Part shown: positions 1-8,046 of the stretch, piece by piece | Position numbering within the stretch: position 1 is the stretch's first letter | Layout of the letters: every line of letters begins with the position of its first letter | Origin: a virus | Lineage: Duplodnaviria > Caudoviricetes | IMG/VR virus record: IMGVR_UViG_3300008113_000673 | Span: 1-29,410 of that record | DNA length: 29,410 nucleotides | Direction: 5' to 3' (one strand) | The notes under the pieces: generated by a model | Database searches by the model: none | Seen by the model: the letters and a program-made list of their open reading frames with translations, nothing else | Told to the model about the DNA's origin: nothing | Translations under genes and position numbers: made by a program

Positions 1-417
1 GTAGCCTGCTGCGCTCCAGCCGACTCGGGGTACGTTCGGTCTAACGCGATTGATGGCCCACTTTGTGATTGGCTTGGGGATGCGTGCGAGTCCTTGATCG
101 TCCCAGTGAATGGAGTTGCGCTTGTTGGCGGCTGAGCGTGCCAGCTGCATAGAGCACTTCAGCAGGTATTCCGCTTGACCGTGGGCCATGTTGCCTCGGG
201 TTGCTGCAACATTCCGCTGGCAGCTTGCCTCGACGGGTCCCAAGCGGGCTTCCCAGCGCTCCAGTCCGGTTTTGTCGCTAGTTTCCTTTAGGATGTGTGT
301 AACACTATGGTAAATGTTGTTATTGATGTCCCGGTAGACCCGGAAGGGGCCTGAATTGTCTTGTTCCAGCCTCCATTTACGCAGTGATGCCAGTGTGTCT
401 TGCGTATTGGAGGCCAT
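1..417 (-). CDS. PD-(D/E)XK / Cas4-like (MGME1-like) phage exonuclease, N-terminal part (runs off window)
   Basis: Not in ORF track. Manual translation from ATG at 417: MASNTQDTLASLRKWRLEQDNSGPFRVYRDINNNIYHSVTHILKETSDKTGLERWEARLG...AATRGNMAHGQAEYLL. The SVTxIL...L.RW...RG..H..E.YL pattern is typical of phage Cas4-like exonucleases; it lies near the SSB. Confidence 0.75.
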   Translation of the reverse strand, partial: MASNTQDTLASLRKWRLEQDNSGPFRVYRDINNNIYHSVTHILKETSDKTGLERWEARLGPVEASCQRNVAATRGNMAHGQAEYLLKCSMQLARSAANKRNSIHWDDQGLARIPKPITKWAINRVRPNVPRVGWSAAGY

Positions 418-435
418 GTAGGTACTATTTCCCAT

Positions 436-1332
436 CTATAGCTTAGTCGTAAATACAGGTATTGGCAACAAAGCATTTTTATTGTAGTAAAGAGGACCGT
501 AAGACTCTAAATAATGCTGGAACCAGTACCTGTCTTGCTTTTGTCTCTGTGCCTGTACAGAAAGCAGGCTTTGATACAAATCGTACCCGTGCCAAGTTCT
601 TTCGATAATTATTCGTGCCAGTAAAGGTAGTTTTTCGTACGCTATAGGAGTACAAGATTTGAGTGTAGTGTATATAAAAGACTCAGGCTTAAAAACTTTA
701 TGAGAAGATAAATCTTTGTAAGTATAGACACGAATAAATCTAAATAAATTAACTACGTAATCTTCTATTACTTCAAGCCTTAAAGCCCAATCTTTTGTCC
801 ACATATCATTCGACTTAAGCTTTCTTTTTTGTACCTGTATATCTAAGTGTACAGTAAAATACCTAACTACATCTTGAGGCCATACTTTATTTAAATGTTC
901 TAAAATGCAAGTAAATTTTTGCCGATATTGTAAACGTAGCTGACGAAAAATTTGATACTGTAGAGTAGCTGTTACTTCTACAAAATCCTGTTCAAGTAAA
1001 GCTAGTTCAGGGCAAGGAGGTCGCGGAGGATATTTGCGCCAATCCGCTAAAGTATAACCATGTTTAAATGCCTCAGCTACAGCTTGCCCCAGTAGTTCTT
1101 GGTCAAAGAAAAAATACTCGGAGCCGGGAAGACGGTACTCATCAAATTTTTTGTGTAGCTCTTTTTCGGCTTCTATATTATTTACAGTAAGCACAACAGC
1201 TAATGGGGTTGTTTTTATGCCCGCTTGTAAAGCTTTAGCTCTTTCATACCAGTTATTACTGACACCTATTTTTACTAGATTTGTTTCTTTGTACTTGACT
1301 AAGTACAAACACTGGTAAGGCTTTTTTTCCAT
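436..1332 (-). CDS. T5orf172/MUG113-type GIY-YIG domain protein with unknown C-terminal region
   Basis: N-terminal LYLVK...VKIGVS...RAKALQ...EKELHKKF...SEYF pattern; visibly AT-rich compared with flanks. Confidence 0.7.
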   Translation of the reverse strand: MEKKPYQCLYLVKYKETNLVKIGVSNNWYERAKALQAGIKTTPLAVVLTVNNIEAEKELHKKFDEYRLPGSEYFFFDQELLGQAVAEAFKHGYTLADWRKYPPRPPCPELALLEQDFVEVTATLQYQIFRQLRLQYRQKFTCILEHLNKVWPQDVVRYFTVHLDIQVQKRKLKSNDMWTKDWALRLEVIEDYVVNLFRFIRVYTYKDLSSHKVFKPESFIYTTLKSCTPIAYEKLPLLARIIIERTWHGYDLYQSLLSVQAQRQKQDRYWFQHYLESYGPLYYNKNALLPIPVFTTKL

Positions 1333-1336
1333 GAGT

Positions 1337-1359
1337 AAAAAGCCCCCGATAAAGGGGGC
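1337..1359 (-). terminator. Intrinsic terminator after SSB gene
   Basis: Minus strand GCCCCC-tttatc-GGGGGC-TTTTT. Confidence 0.65.
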
Positions 1360-1380
1360 ACAAAATTCACAAGTAACGGA

Positions 1381-1962
1381 TCAAGCCGCTTTAAAGGGGT
1401 TGCCACCAGTCAGCAGGCGGGTGATGTCGAAGCCTTCGGATTTGGCCTCGATCCAAGCGGCGTCGATGTGCTCTTGGCTGCCTTTTTTGCGGGGGACGGG
1501 GCGGACGGTGTACTCGGTGGTAAGGCCGCTGCCTTTTTTACCGATGGTGAAGTCCCACTCCAGCAGTTCGGCGTAGTCCTCCATCTGGGAGATCTGGTCG
1601 ATTTCCTTGAGGATCGACTTTTGGGTGATCTGCAGGACTTGGACCTTGCCGGACTCGTAGTTGTAGACCGGGCAGGCGATGGCAAACTTCACGTCTGCTG
1701 TTCCAGGGCCGCCGCGTCCTTCGCGGGGCTCGAAGTCGCCCATTTCGGCAACCACGTCCTCGTAGGTGGGCTCGAAATCAAAGCGGAAGGGCTTGTTGAC
1801 GCCGTTAGCAGCACCCCAAGACTCGTAGAACTCCAGAGGTTCGTCAGTGAGTAGGGCGAATCGGACGGAGCCACCATCAGGAAGTTTGCTGAGGCTGAGG
1901 TAGCCGCCGCCGGTGCTGTTGGAGGTGACTGCTGCTGAGGCGGTTTTGCTGAGAAATGCCAT
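1381..1962 (-). CDS. Putative single-stranded DNA-binding protein (gp32-like)
   Basis: 193 aa; GGSVRF..., VYNYESGKVQVLQITQKSI, WDFTIGKKGSGLTTEYTV pattern; between exonuclease and primase-helicase. Confidence 0.6.
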   Translation of the reverse strand: MAFLSKTASAAVTSNSTGGGYLSLSKLPDGGSVRFALLTDEPLEFYESWGAANGVNKPFRFDFEPTYEDVVAEMGDFEPREGRGGPGTADVKFAIACPVYNYESGKVQVLQITQKSILKEIDQISQMEDYAELLEWDFTIGKKGSGLTTEYTVRPVPRKKGSQEHIDAAWIEAKSEGFDITRLLTGGNPFKAA

Positions 1963-2102
1963 GGTCTAGGTGTTTGGTGTGGTCGGCTGGAGTGCCAACG
2001 CCTTACACAGTAACACGGGTTGACTGGAGGCGCTACCGTACAAAAACGCCCCTACAGCTGAGCTGCGGGGGCGTGGTGAACATTCTCGTGTGAGACTCTA
2101 AC
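1963..2102. promoter_or_regulatory. Divergent promoter region between SSB and primase-helicase
   Basis: Minus TACTGT (2007-2012), plus TACCGT (2034-2039). Hairpin ACGCCCC...GGGGCGT (2046-2074) is followed by a T-run on the minus strand. Confidence 0.5.
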
Positions 2103-4499
2103 ATGTCGCAAAGTAAGACGCAGGACTTGCTGGCCTTTGTGCGCCAGCTGCCTGTTGGACTGGCGTATGCGCCGATTTATGCCAAGGACCAGGCGATCCA
2201 GTCCGGGAAAATCTCGAAAGGCAAGACCCCACTAGAGCGCAGTCACCATCAGGTGATGGCGCCGTCGGATGTGGCGCTCCAGATCGAGCGGAAGCCGGAT
2301 GTGTTCCAAGCAGTCGGTGTATTCACCGGCGGTCGCAGCATGGGACTCGTGATTCTCGATGTGGATCGGAATCTCAGCCGTCTCAAAAAGAAGTGGGGCG
2401 AGTCGCTGGAGGGTGCTCCAGTCGTTACGTCGACGAAGCAGAACGCCGCTAAGTACCTCTTCCGCGTTCCTGAGGCTCTGTGGGGCTCGGTGAAGGGTTT
2501 TGGGTTGTCGGATACCGGCGCTGGGTACGAGGTGCTCTGGGGCCGTCAGGGCGTCATCTACGGGGCTTATCCGGGCTCCAGTGATGGGAAGGCTCCAGAG
2601 GGCTACTACGGCTTTGAAGGCGACCTGGAGGCGATTCCTGACGCCCCTGAGTGGTTGCTGGCGGAGATGCGGGACCATGCCGGTAAGGAGATCCAGGACG
2701 GTGGCTTCATCAAGAACCGCCGGGCGTTGGATTTTTCGGATCGGGATCCAGCTGAGGTGGCTGAGATTATCCAGTCGGCGCTGAAGGTGATTCCCGGTCA
2801 AGGCAGCGGCAGCCGGGATCACTGGGTGAAGGTGGGGATGGCGATCCACTCGGAGTTACCGACTGACCTAGGGCTAACGCTTTGGTCAGCTTGGTCTGCG
2901 GAAGATCCCGAATTTTCACAGGAATGGTCTGAAGGCAATCCCTGTGAGGACGTGTGGAAGTCCTTTCGAAAGGGGCCAGTCAGCCTTGGGACGCTGTTCT
3001 GGATGGCGGATCAGCAGTTGCCCGCTCGCATGTGGCTTTCGGAGGATCTGCGGAAGGTTGTTGAGAAGGTTGAGGCCGACAACATCATCAGGATTCGGCA
3101 GATCCAGATCAGCTTTCCTGAACTGATCAAGCGGGCAAAAGAGATCCAGCAGATTCAAAACCCGGCTGAAGCTGCGCACGCCATGAACGTGCTGGCGTTA
3201 GAAGGCGGTTATCGGGACGCTGGGGCGCTGGAGCGGTTGTTGATCGCCCAGATGCAGTTCGAGCAGCAGGATGACGAGATGGCAATGGACAACCTGCTGA
3301 ACAAGGATCTGAAGTTTGAGTACCTGATCCCGGATTTGCTGCCCTGCCCTGGGACCGTGATGATCCACGGCGCTGGTGGTGATGGCAAATCCATGTCCGC
3401 TTGGACGATTGCCAAGCACGTTGCCCGTGGGATTCCGTTCTCCGTGCGGGGGGATCTTGTTCCAGTGGAATCTGGGCCTGTGCTGATCCTCAATGGCGAT
3501 CAGTCAGAGGTGCAGGTTCAGCAACAGCTGCGGGACCTTGAGTTCCAGCCGTCGGATCCGGTGACCGTGGTGATGGGGTGGGACCTGAACTGGTACTACC
3601 GCTTCGTCAAGTTGATCGAGAAGCACCAGCCGAAGCTCGTGATCATCGATTCGATCACTGGCTGCAGCAGGGGGTCGGCGTTCGACGAAAACAAGAAAGA
3701 GTTTGCAAGCCCGATCTACTGGCTGGCCAACAACAACGGCCGCATGTTCCCCGCTTGCACCATCCTGCTGATCCACCACGCCAACAAGACCGGCGGGTTC
3801 CGGGGCTCCACTGCTATTCGGGACGCTGTGGATGAGGTGTGGGGGTTGCGGCGGCCGGACAAAAAGCAGGTCGAGCAGACCGGCTACAACGCTCGCCTCA
3901 TCACCGTGGAGAAGTCCAGGGCTGGCCGGGATGGCTCCAAGCTTCTGATGAAGCTTGAGAGCGACCTCACCTTCTCGCTGGCGGACTACGTGGAGCTGGA
4001 TACCGACAGCGCCAGTCCGGCTTCCATCGTCGACAGGGTGCTCCAGCGCCTTAGGGCTGCGTATCCGCGCTCTCTGAGCCGCTCTGACCTTGCTGCGGAC
4101 GCGCTCTGCGGTGGAAGTGTGGCCGCAATCGGTAAGGCGCTCCAGAGGCTCGCTTCGAGGGGCTTGGTTGAGGTGGTTGGACAGACCTCCACAGGTGCCA
4201 GACCTTCCAATTTGTACCAAGCTGTTCTCTCGCGTGATATGTGTGTGAATAAGTGTCCTGAATTAGGAAAACCCAGTCAGGGACTGGGAAGTAAAAAAGG
4301 ACAGCCCCTAAGCGTGTCCTCTTTTGATGGGGAGGCTGGAGCAAAAGAGGACACCCCTACTGCGTGTCCCGATTTACTTCCCAGTCATACCAATGGATCT
4401 GGCATAACAGGACAGGTTTTTGAACCCTCCCCAAGGGAAGAACGCACTCCTGAAGAGTTGGAGCAGCTGATGCAGGAAGCCGCACGGCTGTGGGACTGA
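2103..4499 (+). CDS. Primase-helicase: AEP Prim-Pol + PriCT-2 + RecA-like (AAA_25/RepA-type) helicase + winged HTH
   Basis: LDVD motif; PriCT-2 pattern WVKVGMAIH..LWSAWS..WKSF..LGTLFWMA; Walker A GAGGDGKS; Walker B VIIDS; LIHHANK..FRGSTAI; C-terminal helix-turn-helix-like segment. Confidence 0.88.
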   Translation: MSQSKTQDLLAFVRQLPVGLAYAPIYAKDQAIQSGKISKGKTPLERSHHQVMAPSDVALQIERKPDVFQAVGVFTGGRSMGLVILDVDRNLSRLKKKWGESLEGAPVVTSTKQNAAKYLFRVPEALWGSVKGFGLSDTGAGYEVLWGRQGVIYGAYPGSSDGKAPEGYYGFEGDLEAIPDAPEWLLAEMRDHAGKEIQDGGFIKNRRALDFSDRDPAEVAEIIQSALKVIPGQGSGSRDHWVKVGMAIHSELPTDLGLTLWSAWSAEDPEFSQEWSEGNPCEDVWKSFRKGPVSLGTLFWMADQQLPARMWLSEDLRKVVEKVEADNIIRIRQIQISFPELIKRAKEIQQIQNPAEAAHAMNVLALEGGYRDAGALERLLIAQMQFEQQDDEMAMDNLLNKDLKFEYLIPDLLPCPGTVMIHGAGGDGKSMSAWTIAKHVARGIPFSVRGDLVPVESGPVLILNGDQSEVQVQQQLRDLEFQPSDPVTVVMGWDLNWYYRFVKLIEKHQPKLVIIDSITGCSRGSAFDENKKEFASPIYWLANNNGRMFPACTILLIHHANKTGGFRGSTAIRDAVDEVWGLRRPDKKQVEQTGYNARLITVEKSRAGRDGSKLLMKLESDLTFSLADYVELDTDSASPASIVDRVLQRLRAAYPRSLSRSDLAADALCGGSVAAIGKALQRLASRGLVEVVGQTSTGARPSNLYQAVLSRDMCVNKCPELGKPSQGLGSKKGQPLSVSSFDGEAGAKEDTPTACPDLLPSHTNGSGITGQVFEPSPREERTPEELEQLMQEAARLWD
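4254..4414. repeat. 161-bp interrupted palindrome with six TGTCC/GGACA pentamers (candidate replication origin)
   Basis: Four arm pairs symmetric about 4334: 4254-60/4408-14, 4282-95/4373-86, 4299-4303/4365-69, 4314-26/4342-54. Confidence 0.8.
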
Positions 4500-4840
4500 T
4501 GGGACAGTTCACCCCGCCTAACTTTTTCGTAGGGCTCATGCGGGTTGCCGCGTGGGTGTTTTGGAGAGATCCCGTGAAGTCGGAACCGCCCCAGCCGAAG
4601 CGCCCCAGGAAGCCCACCCTGGGGTACACCGTTGGCGACATTCCCTACGAGCTGCTCGCCGTGGTCCGGGTCTCCTGGTATCGCAAGGGCATGGCCTACG
4701 AGGTGGAGGAGTACCAGATTGAGGAGTCGGACGACGCCCCAAAGCAGTTCGCCTACATCGTTGGCACGGCCCTCAAGCAAGGCGCTGACGTCTGCGTGCT
4801 CACGCAGTACCAGCCAGAAGCCTTAGGTGTGCAACAATAG
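4499..4840 (+). CDS. Hypothetical phage protein
   Basis: TGATG coupling to the primase stop; ORF track 4490..4840. Confidence 0.65.
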   Translation: MGQFTPPNFFVGLMRVAAWVFWRDPVKSEPPQPKRPRKPTLGYTVGDIPYELLAVVRVSWYRKGMAYEVEEYQIEESDDAPKQFAYIVGTALKQGADVCVLTQYQPEALGVQQ

Positions 4841-4870
4841 AAGCGTGCCCGCTCTGCCTAGCATCGGGCC

Positions 4871-4922
4871 GATAGAGCCCAAGCCCCTGTGCGTCCTTGA
4901 GGCGTCTCACGCTTGGGCCATC
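4871..4922 (+). other. Bulged stem-loop in intergenic region (candidate structured leader or sRNA)
   Basis: GCCCAAGC(4877-84)/GCTTGGGC(4911-18) with inner GTG/CAC and CGTC/GGCG; TAGCAT at 4859-64 upstream. Confidence 0.4.
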
Positions 4923-4979
4923 CACCTCAAATCCACTGGTACGACTAGCTTGCGTACCTAACATAAAAACTTTTATGTA

Positions 4980-5189
4980 ATGACACAACAACACCCCATC
5001 ACCCCGCCGCCGGAGCTGGTAAGGCAGTGGCTGCTGGAGTATTACGGCGGTGATCTTGGCGAAGTGAGCCTTGAGGAGATGTACGTCGCTAGGTGCGCTG
5101 CCCAATGGGGTTACGAGCAGCACGAAAAGATGTTGCTCGACGCTATGCACTCCGTAGTGCCGCAGCCTTACGAACCAGAAGCCGAGTAG
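4980..5189 (+). CDS. Small hypothetical phage protein (HPITPPPELVxQW type)
   Basis: 69 aa; N-terminus resembles small cyanophage ORFs (from recall, not searched). Confidence 0.65.
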   Translation: MTQQHPITPPPELVRQWLLEYYGGDLGEVSLEEMYVARCAAQWGYEQHEKMLLDAMHSVVPQPYEPEAE

Positions 5190-5200
5190 CCAATAGGGGT

Positions 5201-5255
5201 GGCCGGTGGCTGGTCCTCACGCGGTGTCAGCCTCACCGCAGCCGGTCCCTGCGGT
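5201..5255. other. GC-rich multi-helix intergenic element (candidate ncRNA or pseudoknot)
   Basis: Helices 5208-13/5227-32, 5221-26/5234-39, 5235-41/5249-55, 5201-06/5242-47. Confidence 0.35.
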
Positions 5256-5280
5256 TGTAACGAAATGCGACAGCCCGGCT

Positions 5281-5309
5281 TTGCGGTTGGGCTGTTCGTG
5301 TGCAACACT
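5281..5309 (+). promoter_or_regulatory. Sigma70-like promoter candidate
   Basis: TTGCGG-N17-AACACT with TG extended -10, followed by leader hairpin AGGGC...GCCCT (5311-5336). Confidence 0.4.
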
Positions 5310-5352
5310 AAGGGCAAGCCCGCCCCGGCGAGCCCTCCATTACTGATTAACA

Positions 5353-5595
5353 ATGCACGATCCACTTCAAGTCCACTTCGACCGCTCCAAGCTCAGCCCT
5401 TGGTATTTCGCCGTTAGCTGGGCTCGCTTCATGCTTGAGCAAAAAATCGAGCAGTTCAAAGACTGGGGATTCACCACCAGCTACGACGAGACCCAGCTGG
5501 AGCGTCTGCTCGACCTAGAACAGTTTCTGAAAATGACCTGGGACGAGCGCATGGAAGCTCTTACCGCTGGCCAAGCTGCACAGGAGGTCCAATGA
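5353..5595 (+). CDS. Hypothetical phage protein
   Basis: 80 aa; ATGA overlap with next gene. Confidence 0.7.
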   Translation: MHDPLQVHFDRSKLSPWYFAVSWARFMLEQKIEQFKDWGFTTSYDETQLERLLDLEQFLKMTWDERMEALTAGQAAQEVQ

Positions 5596-5849
5596 GCCAA
5601 GTACAAAGCATTGAGGAGTTGCGTTTTGAAGGCGACCATCTTGTTGTCGATGCCGTTGTTGACGACATGGTGGTTCGCTATTCGCAAACCGCGTACGAAC
5701 CAGCAGAGTGGGGGCCTGCCCTGTGCCGAGGCACCCTCTACTTTTCAGATGAAGACTTGATTCCAGCGACCGATGCTGAACTCCGGGCCATGCTCACAGA
5801 TCGGGTCGACGACTGGACTCCACTCGACACGTCTGATTGGGACGTCTGA
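5592..5849 (+). CDS. Hypothetical acidic phage protein
   Basis: 85 aa; AGGAGG SD upstream; ATGA coupling. Confidence 0.75.
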   Translation: MSQVQSIEELRFEGDHLVVDAVVDDMVVRYSQTAYEPAEWGPALCRGTLYFSDEDLIPATDAELRAMLTDRVDDWTPLDTSDWDV

Positions 5850-6099
5850 AGCTCGTGATCTACGTAACCAAGACGACTACGACGACTGGGAAGTCGGCTT
5901 AGAACCCATTCCGGGGGATACGCACTGGGTCCGGGCTCGCACCTTGACCCAGCTTTACCGCCACCTTATTTACGTGTTCGCTACCAGCGACACCATTAGC
6001 TCCACTCGCTTAGCCAACTTGGCTATCCACGAGATTCTCAAGTTGAGACTCACGGATCTCACCCGGATACGCCAGCAAGACCCTAATTACTTCGCATGA
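5773..6099 (+). CDS. Hypothetical phage protein (start uncertain)
   Basis: Fills the gap between neighbours; ATGA overlap with 6096 gene. Confidence 0.6.
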   Translation: MLNSGPCSQIGSTTGLHSTRLIGTSEARDLRNQDDYDDWEVGLEPIPGDTHWVRARTLTQLYRHLIYVFATSDTISSTRLANLAIHEILKLRLTDLTRIRQQDPNYFA

Positions 6100-6281
6100 C
6101 TGACTGGTACGCCGACTATTACCGCCAATCGCGGGGCTACAACGACAACGACTTGCGGGAACTGCGCAGTGTTCCACGCAAGCCCTCAACCTATGTGCCG
6201 GACGTGTTTAAGCACAGGTTTGCTGATCCAGCTGAGTACGATGCCTGGGTCGAAGAGCGCCGCCGCCTCTACTTCGGCTGA
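6096..6281 (+). CDS. Hypothetical phage protein
   Basis: 61 aa, coupled start. Confidence 0.65.
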   Translation: MTDWYADYYRQSRGYNDNDLRELRSVPRKPSTYVPDVFKHRFADPAEYDAWVEERRRLYFG

Positions 6282-6298
6282 ACTTGATCCAATCCCGA

Positions 6299-6556
6299 AT
6301 GACTGAAAACTCAATGGTGCCCTTCTACCGCTCCTATCTGCTGGGCGGGAAGATGGTCTACCTGGACAAGCTCTCGGAATTGTCCGATAGCGAGCTGAAC
6401 ATGCTCAACATCGAGACAATGGCCTCACTGGAGGAAGCTCGCCGCGATTACGAGGCGGTCGAGAACAAGCAAAGCGAGGAGGGCGGTTCGGTCTATCGCC
6501 GCCTCAAGGTGGCTGGTTATTTCCAGGCCGCCATCAAGCTAGAGCTTCAAAACTGA
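6299..6556 (+). CDS. Hypothetical phage protein
   Basis: ORF track 6284..6556; ATG at 6299 preferred. Confidence 0.65.
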   Translation: MTENSMVPFYRSYLLGGKMVYLDKLSELSDSELNMLNIETMASLEEARRDYEAVENKQSEEGGSVYRRLKVAGYFQAAIKLELQN

Positions 6557-6589
6557 CCATCCCCTACTACACTGCACCCGTTCTTACTC

Positions 6590-7000
6590 ATGAGCATGTA
6601 CGTCCTTTCGGAATCCCAGTTCGATCAAATCACCAAAGCACTTGAAGCAGCACGGTTTGCACTGGAGACGTCCCAGCACGTTCAACTGGATCTGACCAAG
6701 CCCAAGCAAGCGCTCGCGCTGCCCACCACTGAAAAAGCTGTACGTACACCGTCCGTACACAAGGCGAAGTCTCAAAGTAAGACTCATAAGTCCAGCCGCA
6801 AGGGGCGGCGTGGTGTGGCGGTGTTGACTGAGGCCAAGGTGTTGGAGATTAAGCGGCAACTCGCTGCTGGCGGGAAGTCCATCGCAAAAATTGCACGCGA
6901 CTTCGGCGTTCACATCACCACAATCAACTGCATCAAGTCCGGGAAGACCTGGAAGCATGTTGCGCTCCAGCAGCCCGCACCTGTTGTGGTGGTTGACTGA
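6590..7000 (+). CDS. HTH DNA-binding protein (HNH-associated-type C-terminal HTH)
   Basis: LTEAKVLEIKRQL...IAKIARDFGVHITTINCIKSGKTWKHV. Confidence 0.7.
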   Translation: MSMYVLSESQFDQITKALEAARFALETSQHVQLDLTKPKQALALPTTEKAVRTPSVHKAKSQSKTHKSSRKGRRGVAVLTEAKVLEIKRQLAAGGKSIAKIARDFGVHITTINCIKSGKTWKHVALQQPAPVVVVD

Positions 7001-7515
7001 TGGGGGGGATCTTGTGTGATCACGAGATCCATAACTTGGCGCGGCGGGGCTTGGTCTCGCCGTTCCAAGCGGAACTGGTGAATCCCGCGAGTCTTGATGT
7101 GAGACTCGGTGAGAATCTGCTGGTAGAAGTGCCGGAGGTGCCTGCGTTACTTCCGCTCAGCATTGCTGGGCATACGCAGGAAAAGCCGTTCATGCTCCAG
7201 CCGCATGAGTTCGTGCTCGCCGAAACGGTGGAGGAGTTCGAGTTGCCCGACAGTGTTGCTGGGCAGCTGGCTCTCAAGTCGTCTCGTGCTAGGGAGGGGA
7301 TTGAGCATCTTTTGGCCGGGTACATTGATCCCGGTTACAAAGGGCGGCTAACGCTGGAACTGCAAAACGCTAGGTCCATGCACGCTGTGCCGTTGTGGCC
7401 GGGTATGCGGATCGCGCAGATTGTGTTCCACAAGATGTCGATGCTGCCCGGTAAGAGTTATTCGCTTACAGGTCGCTATCACGGCGACACTGCTGTTCAG
7501 GCTTCCAAGGGATGA
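7000..7515 (+). CDS. dcd: dCTP deaminase
   Basis: NPASLDVRLG, KSSRAREG, AGYIDPGYKGRLTLE, PGMRIAQIVF, Y..GRY. Confidence 0.93.
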   Translation: MGGILCDHEIHNLARRGLVSPFQAELVNPASLDVRLGENLLVEVPEVPALLPLSIAGHTQEKPFMLQPHEFVLAETVEEFELPDSVAGQLALKSSRAREGIEHLLAGYIDPGYKGRLTLELQNARSMHAVPLWPGMRIAQIVFHKMSMLPGKSYSLTGRYHGDTAVQASKG

Positions 7516-7751
7516 GCGATTCAGTCAATAGTCCCAGTCACTACACGGCTGGGCGCGTCGAGGTGATCGACGTGATTGAGGATTGGGTCAAGGGTGCCCC
7601 AGATGCTGTCGTTGGTGGTCTGCATTGGCAGGTCATCAAGTACGTCAGTCGGGCGTGGCTTAAGAAAAATCCTTACGAAGATTTCTGCAAAGCCCGCTGG
7701 TACTTGAACCGCTTAATTAACACTCTCGCTACTGAACCTTACCGAAAGTGA
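7512..7751 (+). CDS. DUF3310 family protein (T7 gp1.7-like)
   Basis: DSVNSPSHYT..VEVIDVIE...KYVSRA..K...EDFCKARWYL. Confidence 0.85.
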   Translation: MSDSVNSPSHYTAGRVEVIDVIEDWVKGAPDAVVGGLHWQVIKYVSRAWLKKNPYEDFCKARWYLNRLINTLATEPYRK

Positions 7752-7885
7752 CTGGTTTACTTTTACTATTTTTGGTCTTTTTCTATGGTGCTGCTGCTTT
7801 TGTTTTTGTACTAGCAGCTATCGGTCTTTGGTTGACTATCGAAGACATGCTGTATGAGCGGAAACAGCGGAGGCGACAGCGTTGA
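7748..7885 (+). CDS. Small membrane protein, 45 aa
   Basis: Not in ORF track. GTGA-coupled start; MTGLLLLFLVFFYGAAAFVFVLAAIGLWLTIEDMLYERKQRRRQR (hydrophobic helix plus basic tail). Confidence 0.6.
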   Translation: MTGLLLLFLVFFYGAAAFVFVLAAIGLWLTIEDMLYERKQRRRQR

Positions 7886-8046
7886 GGTACTGGTGGCGGA
7901 TTGTCGCCAAGGCGTTAGGTGAGAAGGCGCACCAGCACAATCGGATCGCTGATCAGGTTGCACTGGTGCGTTTTTTCATCTTGCTGGCTTACATGACTAC
8001 AAACATTTTCATTTGCGCAGGAGTTATTAGGCACTGGAATGGCTGA
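7882..8046 (+). CDS. Small phage membrane protein, 54 aa
   Basis: Not in ORF track. TTGA-coupled start; MRYWWRIVAKALGEKAHQHNRIADQVALVRFFILLAYMTTNIFICAGVIRHWNG, resembling a KALGEK...IRHW family recalled from aquatic phages. Confidence 0.7.
   Translation: MRYWWRIVAKALGEKAHQHNRIADQVALVRFFILLAYMTTNIFICAGVIRHWNG

Noticed and set aside
288-476. 62-aa minus ORF in track
   Set aside because: Alternative frame of the exonuclease gene starting at 417
418-1332. Target-site duplication around the AT-rich gene (ATGGAAAAAAAGCCTTAC vs ATGGGAAATAGTACCTAC)
   Set aside because: Only 12 of 18 positions match in A-rich sequence; too weak
4868-4922. Hammerhead ribozyme (CCGATAGA before a stem)
   Set aside because: Core CUGAnGA is imperfect and no GAAA follows the stem
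5201-5255. HDV-like/theta ribozyme (GGCCGG start, TCCTCAC loop-like segment)
   Set aside because: Could not build P3, P1.1 and the catalytic C junction
5256-5272. NtcA box
   Set aside because: Spacing and right half do not match GTA-N8-TAC
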